Of a stretch of DNA of 64,000 bases, positions 14,744 to 30,372 are shown one piece after another; the stretch's first letter is position 1; every line of letters starts with the position of its first letter. A program made the translations under genes and the position numbers. This DNA is from Eledone cirrhosa (lineage: Eukaryota), in the NCBI GenBank assembly GCA_964016885.1, contig OZ024756.1, positions 32,054,001 through 32,118,000 on the forward strand, written 5' to 3'. The notes under the pieces are model-generated. The model did no database searches, was not told where the DNA came from, and worked only from the letters and a program-made list of their open reading frames with translations.

Positions 14744-17385
14744 CATTGGAAAGCTTGAGTCCCTACTGAATGGGACACTAAAAAACATAAACACTAAAAA
14801 TAGACTGGAAATAAAGTACAAAACTAGGAGGAAAAAGCTAAATATTATCATAGAGGAACTGAAGCAACGCATTGTAGCAAAGAGTGCAAAAATTAGGCGA
14901 TACAAGAGCACAGTCAGTCAGTATAGACAGAACCGCATGTTTGACAACAACCAGAAGATGCTGTTTGGACAGCTTGAAGGGAAAGAAAGAGACAACGACT
15001 TGATCCCTGAGGCAGAACAAACTAAGACATTCTGGAGAGGAATATGGGAGCAGGATGTTAAACATAATGACCAGGCAGTGTGGATTGAGACAGTACAAAA
15101 GGAGATTAGTGAACAGGCACACCAACAAACTGGTTTCAGTATCACAGTTGAAACTCTTAAGGGACAGGCCAAAAAACTAACCAACTGGAAATCACCAGGC
15201 TCAGATGGTGTGCAGGGGTATTGGATTAAAAATATAACATCCCTCCACCCGAAACTGACAACCATGTTCAATGACTGCTTGCTGTCAGGTGACCAGAGTG
15301 GTTTACAAAAGGTACCACAGTTCTGGTAATGAAAGACCGAATCAAGGGTAATGATGTTACCAACTATAGACCTATCACATGTCTGTTCGTAATGTCGAAA
15401 CTGTTGACAAGCATTATGTCTGAGGAAATCTACCATCACCTCCACACAAACAACTTGTTACCGGACGAACAGAAAGGATGCCGAAAGAAGTCGCGTGGTA
15501 CAAAGGACCAGTTACTTATTGATAAGATGGTAATGAGGAAATGCAAGAGGAGACACACTGGTCTTGCCATGGGATGGATAGACTACAAAGAGGCATTTGA
15601 CATGGTGCCTCATTCTTGGATCACCAAAAGCCTAGAGATCTTCAAGGTGGCAGATAACATCAGACAGTTGTTGGGCAAAAGTATGAAGTCCTGGAAAACA
15701 GAATTAACATCAGCTGGAGAATCCTTCTGAGGCGTGAAGATCAAGAGAGGTATCTTCCAGGGCGATAGTCTGTCCCCTCTGTTGTTTGTCCTTGCCCTGA
15801 TGCCCCTGACCATTATACTGCGAAAAGTGAGAGCAGGATACAAGTTGGGAAAGGGAGAGCTTACCATCAATCACCTCCTCTTCATGGACGATCTTAAGCT
15901 CTTCGGGAAGAGTCAGAAGGATTTGGATGTGCTTGTTGACACTGTCCGTATTTTCAGCAATGATATATGTATGCAATTTGGTATTAGTAAGTGCGGATTC
16001 CTTGTGATGAAGAGGGGTAAATTGAGCAGAAGCAACGGAATCCAGGTACCAACAGGTGAGATGATAAAGGAAATCGACACTGAAGAAGGATACAAGTATT
16101 TGGGTGTTCTGGAGGCTGATGACATCAAGAACAAAAAAAATGAAGGAATTGATAAGATCTGAATACATTCGGAGAGTAAGGAGCGTATTGAAGTCACATC
16201 TGAACATTAAGAATGCAATAAGTGCAGTAAATTCCCGAGCTGTGTCTATGATTAGGTTCAGTGCGGGAATTCTGAGATGGAATGTTGCTGAACAAAAAGA
16301 AAATGATAGGAAGACTAGGATGCTATTGACTATCTAGAGCATGTTCCACAAGAGGAGTGATGTCGATAGACTCTACTTAAGGAGATCTGAAGGTAGAAGA
16401 GGTCTTATCAGCATAGAAGACTGTGTTCAGATGGAGAAAAACAACCTACACAAATACGTGATTGATAGTAAGGAGCCAATGCTCAGAATTGTACTGAAGC
16501 AGAGGACAATAGACCAGGGGATGTCCAAGGAGGAAATAACAACAAGGAGAAAGAGCAGCCTCCATGAAAAATCCCTTCATAGTACCTTCTTGAGAAAACT
16601 GAATTCAGAGATCCACAGACATGGAACTGGTTGAAAAGAGGAGACCTTAAAAAGGCTACAGAAGGAATGCTAATGGCTGCGCAAGAGCAGGCCCTCAAAA
16701 CGAAGTGGTTGAAACACCATATTTACAAGGAGGAGACTAGCCCACTGTGCAGAATCTGTGGAGAGAGAGAAGAGACTGTGGCTCACATTGTATCCGAGTG
16801 TAAACACCTAGCCCAGACTCACTATAAGGGCTGGAGACATGATGTGATGGGCAGGGTGATCCACTGGCACCTGTGCAAAGTAAACAATTTACCACATTCT
16901 GAGAAGTGGTATGAGCATCAGCCAGAGTCGGTGATAGAAAACGATCAGGTGAAGGTGCTGTGGGATTTTAGGATACAGACGGACAAGAAACTGGAACACA
17001 ATAGACCTGACCTGGTGGTTTTGGACAAGGGAAAAACATCGTGTCTGATTATGGATGTGGACTGCCCATTCGACACGAGAGTGCAAGAGAAGGAGAGGGA
17101 GAAAATTAACCGATACCAGGACTTAAAGTGGGAGGTAAAAAGGATTTGGAACTGCCATGCAGTCAAAGTGATCCCGATTGTCATAGGCGCACTAGGTACT
17201 ATCTCAAAAGTTTCCAGGGATGGTTAAAGAAAATTGGCCCCGCCCCGCTTTTTGGAACACTTCAAAAGGCATGCTTGTTGGGAACAGCAAGAACCCCCCG
17301 ATACGTCCTGAATATCTGAGGCTGCAGGTAGTGGTTTGATATTCATTTCAACAAACTTTCCAGTTAAATAACATACTCAAAGAAC
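14741..17385 (+). mobile_element. 5'-truncated R4/Dong-clade non-LTR retrotransposon (RT, CCHC knuckle, restriction-like endonuclease)
   Basis: Motifs [91 protein letters not shown]. (TAA)n on both flanks. 66-bp 3' UTR. Confidence 0.92.
14937..17319 (+). pseudogene. Disrupted RT-RLE polyprotein ORF of the Dong-type element
   Basis: Seven ORF pieces. In-frame stops at 15728-15730 and 16335-16337. Frameshifts near 15300, 16140, 16600 and 17210. Confidence 0.9.
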
Positions 17386-17424
<39 letters not shown>

Positions 17425-17666
17425 TATTATTATTATTATCGTGTCATACGTAATCGAACGCTGGAACCTGATCAGTTAAATGGATGCAATCATAATAAAA
17501 ATCTACTTTGGAAAGGTTCTTATAGAAAAAAATTATATGTAAGGACAAGTTTATTACAGGAAGAGAAAGCCATTAAAATGGCGCACGTGTTCGACGAGAC
17601 ATTTATTCACATAGCTAATTGCATAGGATGTTAGTAAAATCATTATTAATTTCTACGTAAGCGCAA

Positions 17667-17860
17667 TGGATTGGCAGTAACGGTAGAACGTCGGACAACA
17701 TGCTTTGCGGTATATAGTTACGACACTGTATGCTATGATTTCAAATCGCGCTGAGGTTAACTTTACATTTCATCATAAAATAAAGCACCAGTAACTCACT
17801 GAAGTCGATTTAATCGACTTTCCCTTTTCCCCAAATTGTTGTCATTGAGCGTAAATCATA
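17667..17860 (+). mobile_element. Diverged family A SINE
   Basis: tggattggcagtaacggtagaacgtcggac...ttcaaatc...gaggttaacttt...aaaataaagcaccag. Confidence 0.7.
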
Positions 17861-18489
17861 AAACGTAATTAATTTCAGAAAATATTTAGCCTATTTTCAA
17901 TCCTTTTTTTAAGAAGTTGTCTTGTTAACCTTAATCTCAGTTCATCCAAATCTTGGCAATTGATTTTATTTTAATTATATAGCTTAGAATTAAGAAAACT
18001 AGCCAGTATTTCTTTAATGCAAAATAACTCTCAGCTAATTCTAAACAGCAAGGCTTTATGGCTATTTCAATCGTCGTGTCACCTTTTGCGCTTGCCAACC
18101 ATATGACATTGAAAGACTGTGATGTCATATATACTGGAGAAGGGAAAGAAGAGATGGAGAAGAGCCAAGCAAATACACTGACACACAAACCGGAACTAGT
18201 TGTACAGGAGTGGAAAAAACTGCGGCTAATCGGCCATGCTAGCGGAAGCTTGAAGCCGTGTGTGTTTTAAAACGCTGGTAAAATAAAATTTAAATCAAGA
18301 GCTAGCTATAAAGGATAAATTATATATGAAATTTGAAAATTGTGCTAGCCTCAATGCAAATAACTATAAATAATAGTTGCATATGGTTAAACACATCCTG
18401 GAAAGGGAAAAAGGTAGTCAGAAACGTCAGTCAATTGATCCATTCAATGTATTATTACCCTAACAAACACTGATTTCTAATTTAAAAAT

Positions 18490-18665
18490 AAGGACAGTAA
18501 TTTAGGGGAAGGGGAAGTTGATTATGTCAACCCCAGTATTTAAGTGGTACTATATTTTATCAAACTTGGAATGAGTTGTCCTCAGCTGGACATGAACTCG
18601 GAAAGGAAAAACTCGGAACAAACGCTGCTAAACAATTTAGAACGTTCTAGAGACTATGACAGTCT
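18490..18665 (-). mobile_element. Diverged family A-related SINE
   Basis: accccagtatttaagtggtactatattttatc...tgaactc matches the reverse complement of the SINE core. Confidence 0.5.
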
Positions 18666-18719
18666 ATCGACATAATAGTCTTAGTAATAGTGTTTTCATA
18701 AGCAGTGACTTTATAGAAG

Positions 18720-19000
18720 AAGCGTGGTTTAGCAAACGTAATGTTCTGAGTTAAATTCCCGACGGTGTGTTGTGTCCTTGACCAAGACACTTTACTTCAC
18801 GTTCCTCCAATCCATTCAGCTGACAAAACTGAGTTGCACTTGTAATTCGAAGGGCAAGGCTTGCAACATTCTGTCTCATGCTGAATCTCCCTGAGAATCA
18901 CGTCAAGGATACGTATGTCTGTGGAATGTTCAGCCACTTGCACGCTAATATCCCTAGCAGGCTGTTCCCTTGTTCGTCGTCTTAACCGGCGGAATGCCTA
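18720..19000 (+). mobile_element. CORE-type SINE (family B)
   Basis: gagttaaattccc, gtgttgtgtccttgaccaagacac and gctgaatctccctgagaa are homologous to 3591-3913. Confidence 0.75.
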
Positions 19001-19299
19001 GGGAATCTGCGTAGTGAACTAATAAGGATAGTTAATCGCTGATGAATCTCAACGTAGTATTGAAACTAATTCATCTGATTTCTCATTTTCTGGCTGCGAA
19101 GTTATATATAAATATTTGGTAGTATTATACATGTCTAGACATATAGTGCGAGCTAAAGATCTATAGATATACGCTTTAGTGCTGTAGTGTATTCGATTAA
19201 ATATTTATAGTTGAATATATATTAAAACAACAGATAATATATACGCCAGCACAAAATTAATAAGTAATATACACACACATACAGACACACATATCTCTC

Positions 19300-19332
<33 letters not shown>

Positions 19333-19333
19333 G

Positions 19334-19368
<35 letters not shown>

Positions 19369-19377
19369 GGAGAGAGC

Positions 19378-19415
<38 letters not shown>

Positions 19416-20928
19416 ACTGGCTTATATATGAGAGTCTATGTATATATATACATATATATATATGTATATATATATATATATCATAATCAATGATGTGTTG
19501 TCCTCCATTATTATTACGTTTCATAAATCTATCATACGTGTATTTCTCACAAATTGTCCCATGTTGTTTGCTGTCAGTAAAATAAAATAATGATTACAGC
19601 AGCTGCCTAAGAAAAAACTTCAATATTTTTATTGCCTGACTTGACTTCCATACTAATTATTTCGTAAGCATGTACCGGATGAAGCTGTTTCTTTTACATA
19701 TACAAACAATCAAATAAATAAATAAATGTATATATAAATAAATAAGTAAATATATGAATAGAATCATATACACAGTTGCATGTTATGACTTGATCCATGA
19801 ACTTCCAATAGATTAAACGAAACACCGGCATAACCTATGGCGTGTTTGGGTCACTTAGACCTGGCGTAACTTTTTCCACGTCTGACTACAGACGACGTTT
19901 TCCAGATTGAGAGATGTTCAATGAGAGAGTGAGAGAGAAGGCTTTTAGGAAATTATATATAGTAGATATAGAGCATATATATAGAAGAAGAATCTATTGG
20001 TGGATTATTTTATCGATCTTGAAAGGATGACAGGCAAAGTTGACCTCGCATTATTTGAACTCCGAGCGCAGAGATTTGGAACAAATATGGCAAAACATTC
20101 AAATTTAAAATCCTAAGGGTGGAACTTTTGGTAGAACTCATACTAGGAAACAATAGTGTGCAGAGTTTATATATTAAATGATATACCATTATACTGTACA
20201 TTGTATATATATCAAATAAAATATTAATATACCAAAATATAAGAGCGATCACAAATAGCTATTATATAACATTCATAAAAAGAGCAAAAAAAAGACTTAA
20301 AAAAGGACAAATTGAAAAAGGAATATAATTCACCACAATAGGTGTAATGTACTCTTTAGTAAATCATTTTAACGCATCTGCCAAAGGTTGAGGTAACCAT
20401 ACAAATCTGACCTTATTGGGACCATTAAGTGCCGAAAGTAGAAACAATTATATGTCAATTCAAAATCAAGAATGTAGTCTAATAAGTGGAAAGATTGTGA
20501 CGTAAGTTTTGAGAACTATCGGTCTGGACGATAGAAAAGAAAAGAGTTTAATGATGTATTAGGATTTTTTGGATAATAATATTCGCCCTTCATGATATAT
20601 TTCGTAAACATGGCTGGTAATGGATTATTGTGCATCGTTTGCTCGCAAAGAATTATGAACTCTAGTAATCTATAGGGACATAAATACATTATCTGTAAGC
20701 ATCCGCTCAACGTACTGTACGTAGTGTAAGCCAAGCTTCTATAGATATATCTATGCTATAGACAATTATGAGATGGAAAATACATAGAAAGCATATACAT
20801 GAAACAAATGATATGAATATAAAAAAACCCCCCCAGAAAAAAAACATGCGATATTCTCAATATTTTACTATCTATCTCAATGTGATTATCAGACAAATAA
20901 ATATTGGTTTATTTTATTTTACACCCAC

Positions 20929-21304
<376 letters not shown>

Positions 21305-21544
21305 AATGGTGATGTAAATATACAATCGACGCACAATGTCATCTAGAGAGTCAAATGCAGAAGCCTGAATAAGTAAGGAAGTCGAATCTATTACTTTCGT
21401 TTGAGTGAGCAGAGGCGCATTTGCAGGTTACACGATGGTGTATAGGTAAATCCATACATAGAGTTTCCTTCTTCAATTTTCTACTGATACTATATATACG
21501 ATATACGACATACCATATGCATATATATATATATATATATATAT

Positions 21545-22304
<760 letters not shown>

Positions 22305-22539
22305 GGTATCCACTGTAAGTTGTGGGGTCTATTCTGTATGAAGAACTCAATGTAATCCATATGTTGAAAATGTTGTAGGTTAAGATAAATCTCAGAAAAC
22401 AACAAAACATTAAAAGGAAAACAGAGTCATGATATAAGTTAAAACAATGAAATAAAAAATCAAGTCATTAGAGATATACTTCACTGCTTTACGATCGTTT
22501 CTAGATGGTGATAATACATTGTTTCAAAACGAGTTTGAT

Positions 22540-23350
22540 AAATCCAACCATGTGATTCCCATTACATATGCAGATAATCCAATTGTTGCAGTTTCATAAG
22601 CAATATCTGACTGGATTAATCCACGTCCTCCTTCTTTCCTAGGGAGATATACTCTATCTGTATCTCCCTTAAGGTGATGCATTCTGTACATGGTTCAGAA
22701 TTTTCTAATTTTTGTATCGAGCCTACGGATCTCTGTGCTTGACCAGTCGATGACATTGAAACTGTAGGTTACTACTGGTATGGAAAGCGTGTTTATGGCA
22801 TTGATCCTATTCTTTGCATTCAATTCCGTTCTTAAGATCGCTCTTACTCTGCGGTAACATTCCTTCCTTATCCTTTCCCTCATTGTCGAGTGCTTGATTC
22901 CCTCTCCTTCACAAACACCTAGATGTTTGTAAGTTTCCTCTTGATCAAGTTATCTTATCACATTCCCCCCGATCAAGATTAATGTCTGAACTTTTCAGTA
23001 GCTTTCCTCTGGTGTACGTTGATTTGGCGCATTTATCTAGTCCAAACTCAATCTTAATATATCATCACTGAACTGCTTCACAGTGGATAATAGCCCTTGC
23101 AATTGTTCATCATTTTTTTTGCAAATAGAACAAGTGATTAATGGTTTTGTCATAGACTTTATATCCATGTTTTGTTTCATTGAGCATTTTACATACTGGT
23201 ATAAGTGCGATGCGGAGTAAAAGCGGTGATAAAGAGTCACCCTGAAAAATACCACAATTAATATTAACTTCTCCAGCTTCCAGTGATGTTTTTTTCACTA
23301 TACAAAAGGATTGTCGTTTTCCATGTCTTCATACTGAATGACAGGAACCT
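22540..23350 (-). pseudogene. Degraded Dong/R4-type RT fragment (second family)
   Basis: GIFQGDSLSPLL, INHLFY and ERIRKECYRRVRAILRTELNAKNRINAINT...RRLDTKIRK are homologous to 15734-16337. Many stops and frameshifts. Confidence 0.8.
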
Positions 23351-23351
23351 G

Positions 23352-23467
23352 AGGATGATAATGATGACGATGATGATGACGATGATGATGATGATCATCA
23401 TGACAATAATGATGATGATGACGACGACGACGATAATGATCATGATGGCGATGATGACGATTATTAT
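23352..23467. repeat. (GAT/GAC)n imperfect microsatellite
   Basis: Read directly from sequence. Confidence 0.9.
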
Positions 23468-24274
23468 TCTCTTCGGAAGAACTTTCGGGCCAGGGCCTAT
23501 GGACAACTTCCAGAAATCTCTGGCCTGGCAGTGCTACCGAGGAGCCTTGCCAGTTCGGGATAAACTCTACAGGCATGGAGGTGCCGTCAGCCGGGCATGT
23601 CCGAGATGCGCGCAGGGCGACGAAACCGTCCTGCACGCACTCGTCCAGTGTCCAAAAATTGCTGACTTGTGGGTTTATGTCGAACACCTGCTGTCGCGTT
23701 TAGGACGGATCCGGCTATCATCTGAGTCCATCGTGAGGATTGCCCCGCCCTCCTCCTTTAGCCGGGAAGGGCAGGCAGTTTTTATCTGTCTGGTGGCCAT
23801 GGCGAAAGAGATAGTATGGTGGACACGTTTGAAAGGGCTGAAGACGAGCACTTACCTCTTCGGTGATGCTCTGATTGACTTTTTCAAATTTCATTTGAAA
23901 AGGAAAATCAGGGTAGAGAAGGAAGTGCTCTCTTCCCAGCATTTTGTTGAAAGATGGGTGAGAGAAGCAAGAATGGCCCGAGTGAATGGGCCGACTCTGA
24001 GTATATATCTGTAAACTAAAGGTGGAAAACTGGGAGAGGGCACTTGCCATGGTGGTCAGGGTCATTGTGGCTTTTTACTGGGCTTTCTCCACAAATGTCC
24101 CTCCGAAGTCTCCCCCCTATTGGGGAATTTTTCATTGTTATTTTCATTGTTATTTTTGTTACATCCTCTGTTTTTGTTTTTTTACACGCAGAAATGCCCA
24201 TTTGTACCGTCCTGCATTGTCCTGCACTGTCCTTAATGTCTACTTTATGTAAACCCTTGTGGTTAATAAAGAAA

Positions 24275-24336
<62 letters not shown>
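23468..24336 (+). mobile_element. 5'-truncated Tx1/L1-type LINE 3' end (zf-RVT-like CCHC domain, 3' UTR, (ATT)n tail)
   Basis: Open frame to stop at 24014: WQCYRGALPVRDKL..CPRCAQGDETVLHALVQCPKIADLW. AATAAA at ~24265, then (ATT)n. Confidence 0.8.
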
Positions 24337-24420
24337 TCATCCTTACGTGGTCGTTAAAATAAAGTACCAGTAATGCACTGATTTAATTGCTGGTCTTGTG
24401 CCTAAAGTAGAAACAATTAT
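24337..24420 (+). mobile_element. 3' half of family A SINE
   Basis: ttcatccttacgtggtcgttaaaataaagtaccag...aagtagaaacaattat. Confidence 0.8.
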
Positions 24421-24445
24421 TATTATTATTATTGTTATTGTTATT

Positions 24446-24524
24446 CCTTGAATCTCAGTCATTGATGTTGGTTAACTGGAAAGTCCGTTGGATTGAATAT
24501 CAAGCCACTACCTGCAGCCTCAGA

Positions 24525-24528
<4 letters not shown>
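24446..24528 (-). mobile_element. ~85-bp 3' tip of the Dong family seen at 14741-17385
   Basis: Reverse complement aatatctgaggctgcaggtagtggcttgatattca...actttccagttaa matches 17311-17367. Lies in (TTA)n. Confidence 0.8.
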
Positions 24529-24582
<54 letters not shown>

Positions 24583-24695
24583 ATGATGATGATGATGATG
24601 ATGATGATGACGGTAGTGTTGCTGCTGAGGCTGACAATCGAGATGATAACGATAAGGATAGTGACGATTATGATGGTGATGATAATGGGGAGTCG

Positions 24696-24743
<48 letters not shown>

Positions 24744-25461
24744 GCTATTGAGGTCCAATTATGCTCATCTTTTTGCTTGCCGTGTAAAGACCTCTAACTG
24801 CCAACTTGAGCGCTTGAAACATAAACAATATGGCGAAGCACAACATTTTCCTTTTAACAAAATATAATTATTAACAGACACACACACGCACACAGAAACA
24901 CACACACAAACACACGCACGCAGACACACACACACATACACATATACACATACATACAGTCACACACGCAAACACACGCACAAACACTCACACACACACA
25001 CACACACTCACACATACACACACTCATACACACCTATACACAAACACAGGCACACACACACACACAAACACAAACACACACACACACACACTCACACACA
25101 TGCATACACACACACACTCACATACATACATACACACATACTCACACACACACGCAAACATAAACACACCCACATACACACACACACGTATATACTCATA
25201 TGTCTTTACATTCATACATACATGATGACTTAAACACAAACACACAATCCTACACATACATATTCATACATACACATCCCTAGTGACACACATGCATACA
25301 TATATATAGAGAAACGCGTATACATACATAAATACATACATACTATTACAAACCCAAACCCATACGCATACAATCACGCATATACACATATACACAAACA
25401 CACACACGTAAACATATACACACGAATACACACAAACGCACACATATTAATACACACTGTC

Positions 25462-25915
25462 AAGCACACTAAGACATACACAGCAAACATATACAAATAC
25501 ATATACACATATTCATATACACTTTCAGACTCACTAGGACATACACAGCCAACACATTCACCCACACTTACACATACTCATACACACTCTGAAACACACC
25601 AAGACATACTAACAACACATACGCATATACATACACATATTCATACACGCTCTCAGAGATACTCTGAAACACACTAAGATATATGCAACCAACACATACG
25701 CATACACATACACATATTCATACACGCTCTCATAGATACTCTGAAACACACTAAGACATATGCAGCCAACATATACGCATACACGTACACATATTCATAC
25801 ACACTCTCATAGAAACACTAATACATACTAAGACATTACAGCCAACACATTCAGATACATATACACATACATATATTCGCTCACACACTCATAGACACTC
25901 TAAAACACATGAAGA
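25462..25915. repeat. ~75-77-bp minisatellite, about 6 diverged units
   Basis: Unit gaaacacactaagacatatgcagccaacacatacgcatacacatacacatattcatacacgctctcatagatactct starts at 25591, 25666, 25743 and 25812. Confidence 0.8.
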
Positions 25916-26932
25916 CAAAGAAAGGATACACATTCACATACACACTTGAAAATTGATATGAATTCGCTCCATAATTTAATCAATTCAACCTGGACAAAAC
26001 AAAAAGACAAAATATTGTTGGTTCCTGGAATTAATTTTAAAAGACGTATGCAACAACTGTTGATACGGATGTCTGTGTCAAAGACAAAGAACTGTTAGAG
26101 TGCCCTGAAGAGAAAATATAAAAAAACAAATTTCAAGTTTTAGAATTTTCTTCACACGGTATAGCGATATCATTATTTAATAAAGAAGAAAACACTTTTC
26201 TTTTTTTTCATTGGTCTTTTTATTACCAGCACTGTCCAATATCGGGCACACTGAATGCTAATATTTAAACATGCGAAAGAAAGTTCATCTCTTGCATCCA
26301 CACAGGATTTCAGACGTATAGGCTGATTATATTTCATATCAGCAAATGCAACGTGTAAAAATAGCAGTTGAACTGTGTCAGTGAGCAGTTTGCAAGGAGT
26401 GTGACGAAAATGTAAAATAAATTTCACAGTTTTTTGAATGACTAAAATGACTCTTCCACGCTGTAATTACTTTAATTTCAACAGATGGTCTCAGACAAAT
26501 ACAGCATCACAATAAAGTAATATCGGTAAATATTCAAAATATAAGTAACCAGGACTGCGTAAATGTGTATATAATAAATTTGAAAAACATTAGCGAAAAC
26601 ATGTGAACATGCTAAATCCACATTTAATCTGCGACTTGAAAAGTCTGCGAATATTCTAATATATACATACATGCATATATATATATATATACAATCCTTG
26701 ATGATTTTTCTCAGGATTGTGTTTTTTTTTTCTTCTATATGTTATATTAATTTAACGCTGGATATAGCAAGAATATAGCTTACATTTTCGCACGATAATC
26801 CATAATCAAAAGATGGAATGATAAATAAGAGAAGAAATAGAAAAACAGGCGACAGTAAGAAGGGGAAGGAACAGATAATGAAAATGTTTACCGAATGAAA
26901 GCACCCATGCGTTTACTCAGCCATTATACATT

Positions 26933-26983
<51 letters not shown>

Positions 26984-27265
26984 AATATACACGGGTGTGT
27001 ATGATTGTGTATAGAAGATTATATTAATAAAAGGAATTCCAACTTTGTCTAATTTACTCGTTTTATTTACAATTGAAAATTGCAAACTTGACTGTCACCA
27101 CATCACCACAGAAATTGAACCTGAAGCTTGCGAAAGCATGAAATTACTTGTTCAATTAACACTTAACATTTAATATTCTACCATACTATTTCATTCTAAT
27201 ACTATTATAAATTTTAAAGGATTGTAAATAAAACGAGTAAATCAAAGTTGGAATTCCTTTTATTA

Positions 27266-27302
<37 letters not shown>

Positions 27303-27450
27303 CATATATACATATATATATATACATGTATATATATATGTGTGTATATATATGTATATATATATGTATATATATATATGTGTGTGTATATATATATATA
27401 TATATTATATATATAGTAATAATAATAAAATTGAAGACTAAAATCCAAAG

Positions 27451-27543
<93 letters not shown>

Positions 27544-28117
27544 TACGTATATATATATATATATGTATATATATATGTATATATATATGTGCATATATAT
27601 ATATGTGTATATATATATATAGATATGTATATATATATATAATTCCTTCGCCAACAGAATATTTGACCCAACATAGTCATCTAGCCCCATTTTTACTTGT
27701 AGCTAATAAGTTAAATAGTTATAGCTAACTTAGATAATTATAAGTTACCTCCCTTACATTGTCTCTCAATTAAAAAATTAAAAAATTAGCACATCTTAAC
27801 TATAAAGTACCCACGATTTCTAATTTCTCGAGGAGTTACTTCTCCTGAAACCACCCTATAATTAGTAAGGTAAATATGTCCATCGGTGGCCATCTTGTTA
27901 CCCATAGGCAGATCTCACACAATGAAGCCTCGACAGAAGAATACTGCTCGACTATGGCAGACAATAGATATAACCAGGACAGCATAGTGAAATACCAATA
28001 TATGGAACATTACATTCATGTAACATTCTTTCCTTATTTTAATTTATATTCCTTTTGAAGTTCCGATGAGCTGCTCTAATTTTATCTAAGTTAATTATTT
28101 TCAACTGAACCATATCA

Positions 28118-28299
28118 ATAATTGTTTCTACTTTTTGGCACAAGGCCAGCAATTACCCAGTTCATTACTGGTACTTTATTTTATCGACACCGTAAGGATG
28201 AAAGGCAAAGTGAACCTCGACGGGATTTGAACTCAGATCGTTAAGGGACGTAACTATGCTGGAAAGCATGGTGTCTGACCCTCTACCGATACTGCCAAT
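28118..28299 (-). mobile_element. Family A SINE, full length
   Basis: Close reverse complement of 14445-14630. Confidence 0.9.
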
Positions 28300-28835
28300 G
28301 AACCAGATTAATAATGATCTATAATCATTTGATCCAGAAACATTATATGGAGTAGCGAAACAATTGTAAACGGACATTATTATTAATATTATTATTATTC
28401 TCTACATTCCTTACATCAAACTAAAATATGTTGACAATCTTTTAATAATGTCTTCCTTGTGAAATTTGTGGTCTTGTTTTGCTTAACTAATGAATATATA
28501 TGTATACATATGTATATGTATACATATATATACATATATATATATATGTATACATACATATGTATACATTTATATATTTATATATATATGTATGTAAGTG
28601 TGAACACCCCCCCCACAAATATATATATATAACAATACAAACTAATATTTGAATGTCATTATATGAAGTACCATGCCTCTTTCGTGCACGCACTGCAATA
28701 ATTGGTGGTTAAGATAGGATATATACATTGTATGTCATTTCGAAATTGAATGCGTGACTGCATGAAGTACATGTAACCATAGATCGTAAATGAAGGATTC
28801 ATCGAGATACTCTCGCTCTCTCTCTCCCCCTCGTC

Positions 28836-28898
<63 letters not shown>

Positions 28899-28937
28899 AT
28901 ATATATAATATTTAAATTATGTATATGCATTTTTGAA

Positions 28938-29014
<77 letters not shown>

Positions 29015-29037
29015 TATATATATAACTTCCTCGATCA

Positions 29038-29105
<68 letters not shown>

Positions 29106-29667
29106 TATTTACGTTGTATGTGTATATATAATTGCACACACCACAAACACACGAAGAAACACACGCGCATATGTGTGTGTATACATACTTACATCTGCAA
29201 ATGAAGTATAAGATCTTGTTCGTTTCAGCTTAGGTTTTAGCAGTAGCAGATATTGCATGAACTCCAGCAACTGATCTCTTTATTAATTACAAGGCAACTG
29301 TAATCGTATTTCCATTTGTTACACAGATATAATGATCTCTTCCTAACATATTTTCTCATGTAATAAGTTTACGTTTAATACCCTAACGTACAAACATGCC
29401 AGAAACTCCGCTCATATATTTACATTGCAATGATATACATATATATCAAGATAGACAGAATAAGAAACTGGTTAGAAGATAACTCACCAGAGTACTTGAT
29501 ACTTGAAGTAATAGAGAGTGGTTATATGAAAGAGTCGCGACCCCAACGTGTGAGTTCTTGCGGTTTCAACATCTAGTTCCACACATACGCAGACATACAC
29601 ACACACACACGCACACACACACACAGATACACACACAAACACACACATATATATATATACATACATG

Positions 29668-29821
29668 TAGAAGGTGAGTAATATTGTAGAACAATATAAC
29701 TATGCATATATCAGATAAGTAGCACTCAACAGTTGTTAGAACTGGAGTATATATTAAAGAAGAAATTAAAAGATGGTTAAAATAGATGGAACTTCTTTAA
29801 CCATCTTTTAATTTCTTCTTT
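29668..29821 (-). mobile_element. Fold-back element (family H2), short version
   Basis: Tail with agCACTCAA. 26-bp perfect arms 29756-29781 and 29796-29821. Homologous to 39006-39270. Confidence 0.7.
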
Positions 29822-29842
29822 TATATATATATACCCACACAC

Positions 29843-29924
<82 letters not shown>

Positions 29925-29950
29925 ATATATATATAAGTATATATATATAA

Positions 29951-30026
<76 letters not shown>

Positions 30027-30152
30027 ATATATATATAAGTAAAGTGTTAATAGTTAATTAAGAGCAGTAAGACACTTAGTAAAACAAGTGGTGTAGAAGA
30101 TTTTATGTTCTATCAAATCCCATATTTTTATTATAATTATCTCTCTCTATAT

Positions 30153-30304
30153 ATAGTAATAATAAACGTAAAGACTAACATCCGAAGAGGGCTCGATAAA
30201 GACTATATATAGGAGTTTCATATAACGATTATATAGTCATTTCAGAAGATGCCGTTCTGTGTGAAAGCAACGATTCTTTGCTTAAACTTTAATCTGTTCT
30301 TACA

Positions 30305-30372
<68 letters not shown>

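Noticed and set aside
14741-17385. Active RT gene, or the autonomous partner of the hairpin elements
   Set aside because: It is truncated with stops and frameshifts. It is an RLE/Dong type in (TAA)n and shares no ends with the (TA)n hairpins. No Penelope RT or GIY-YIG ORF was found in the window.
18058-18270. 70-aa ORF in unique sequence
   Set aside because: No domain recognised and no convincing splice signals.
23283-23467. Met-rich N-terminus of the 243-aa ORF
   Set aside because: Chance in-frame read-through of an antisense RT fragment and (GAT)n. Only 23468-24014 is real LINE coding sequence.
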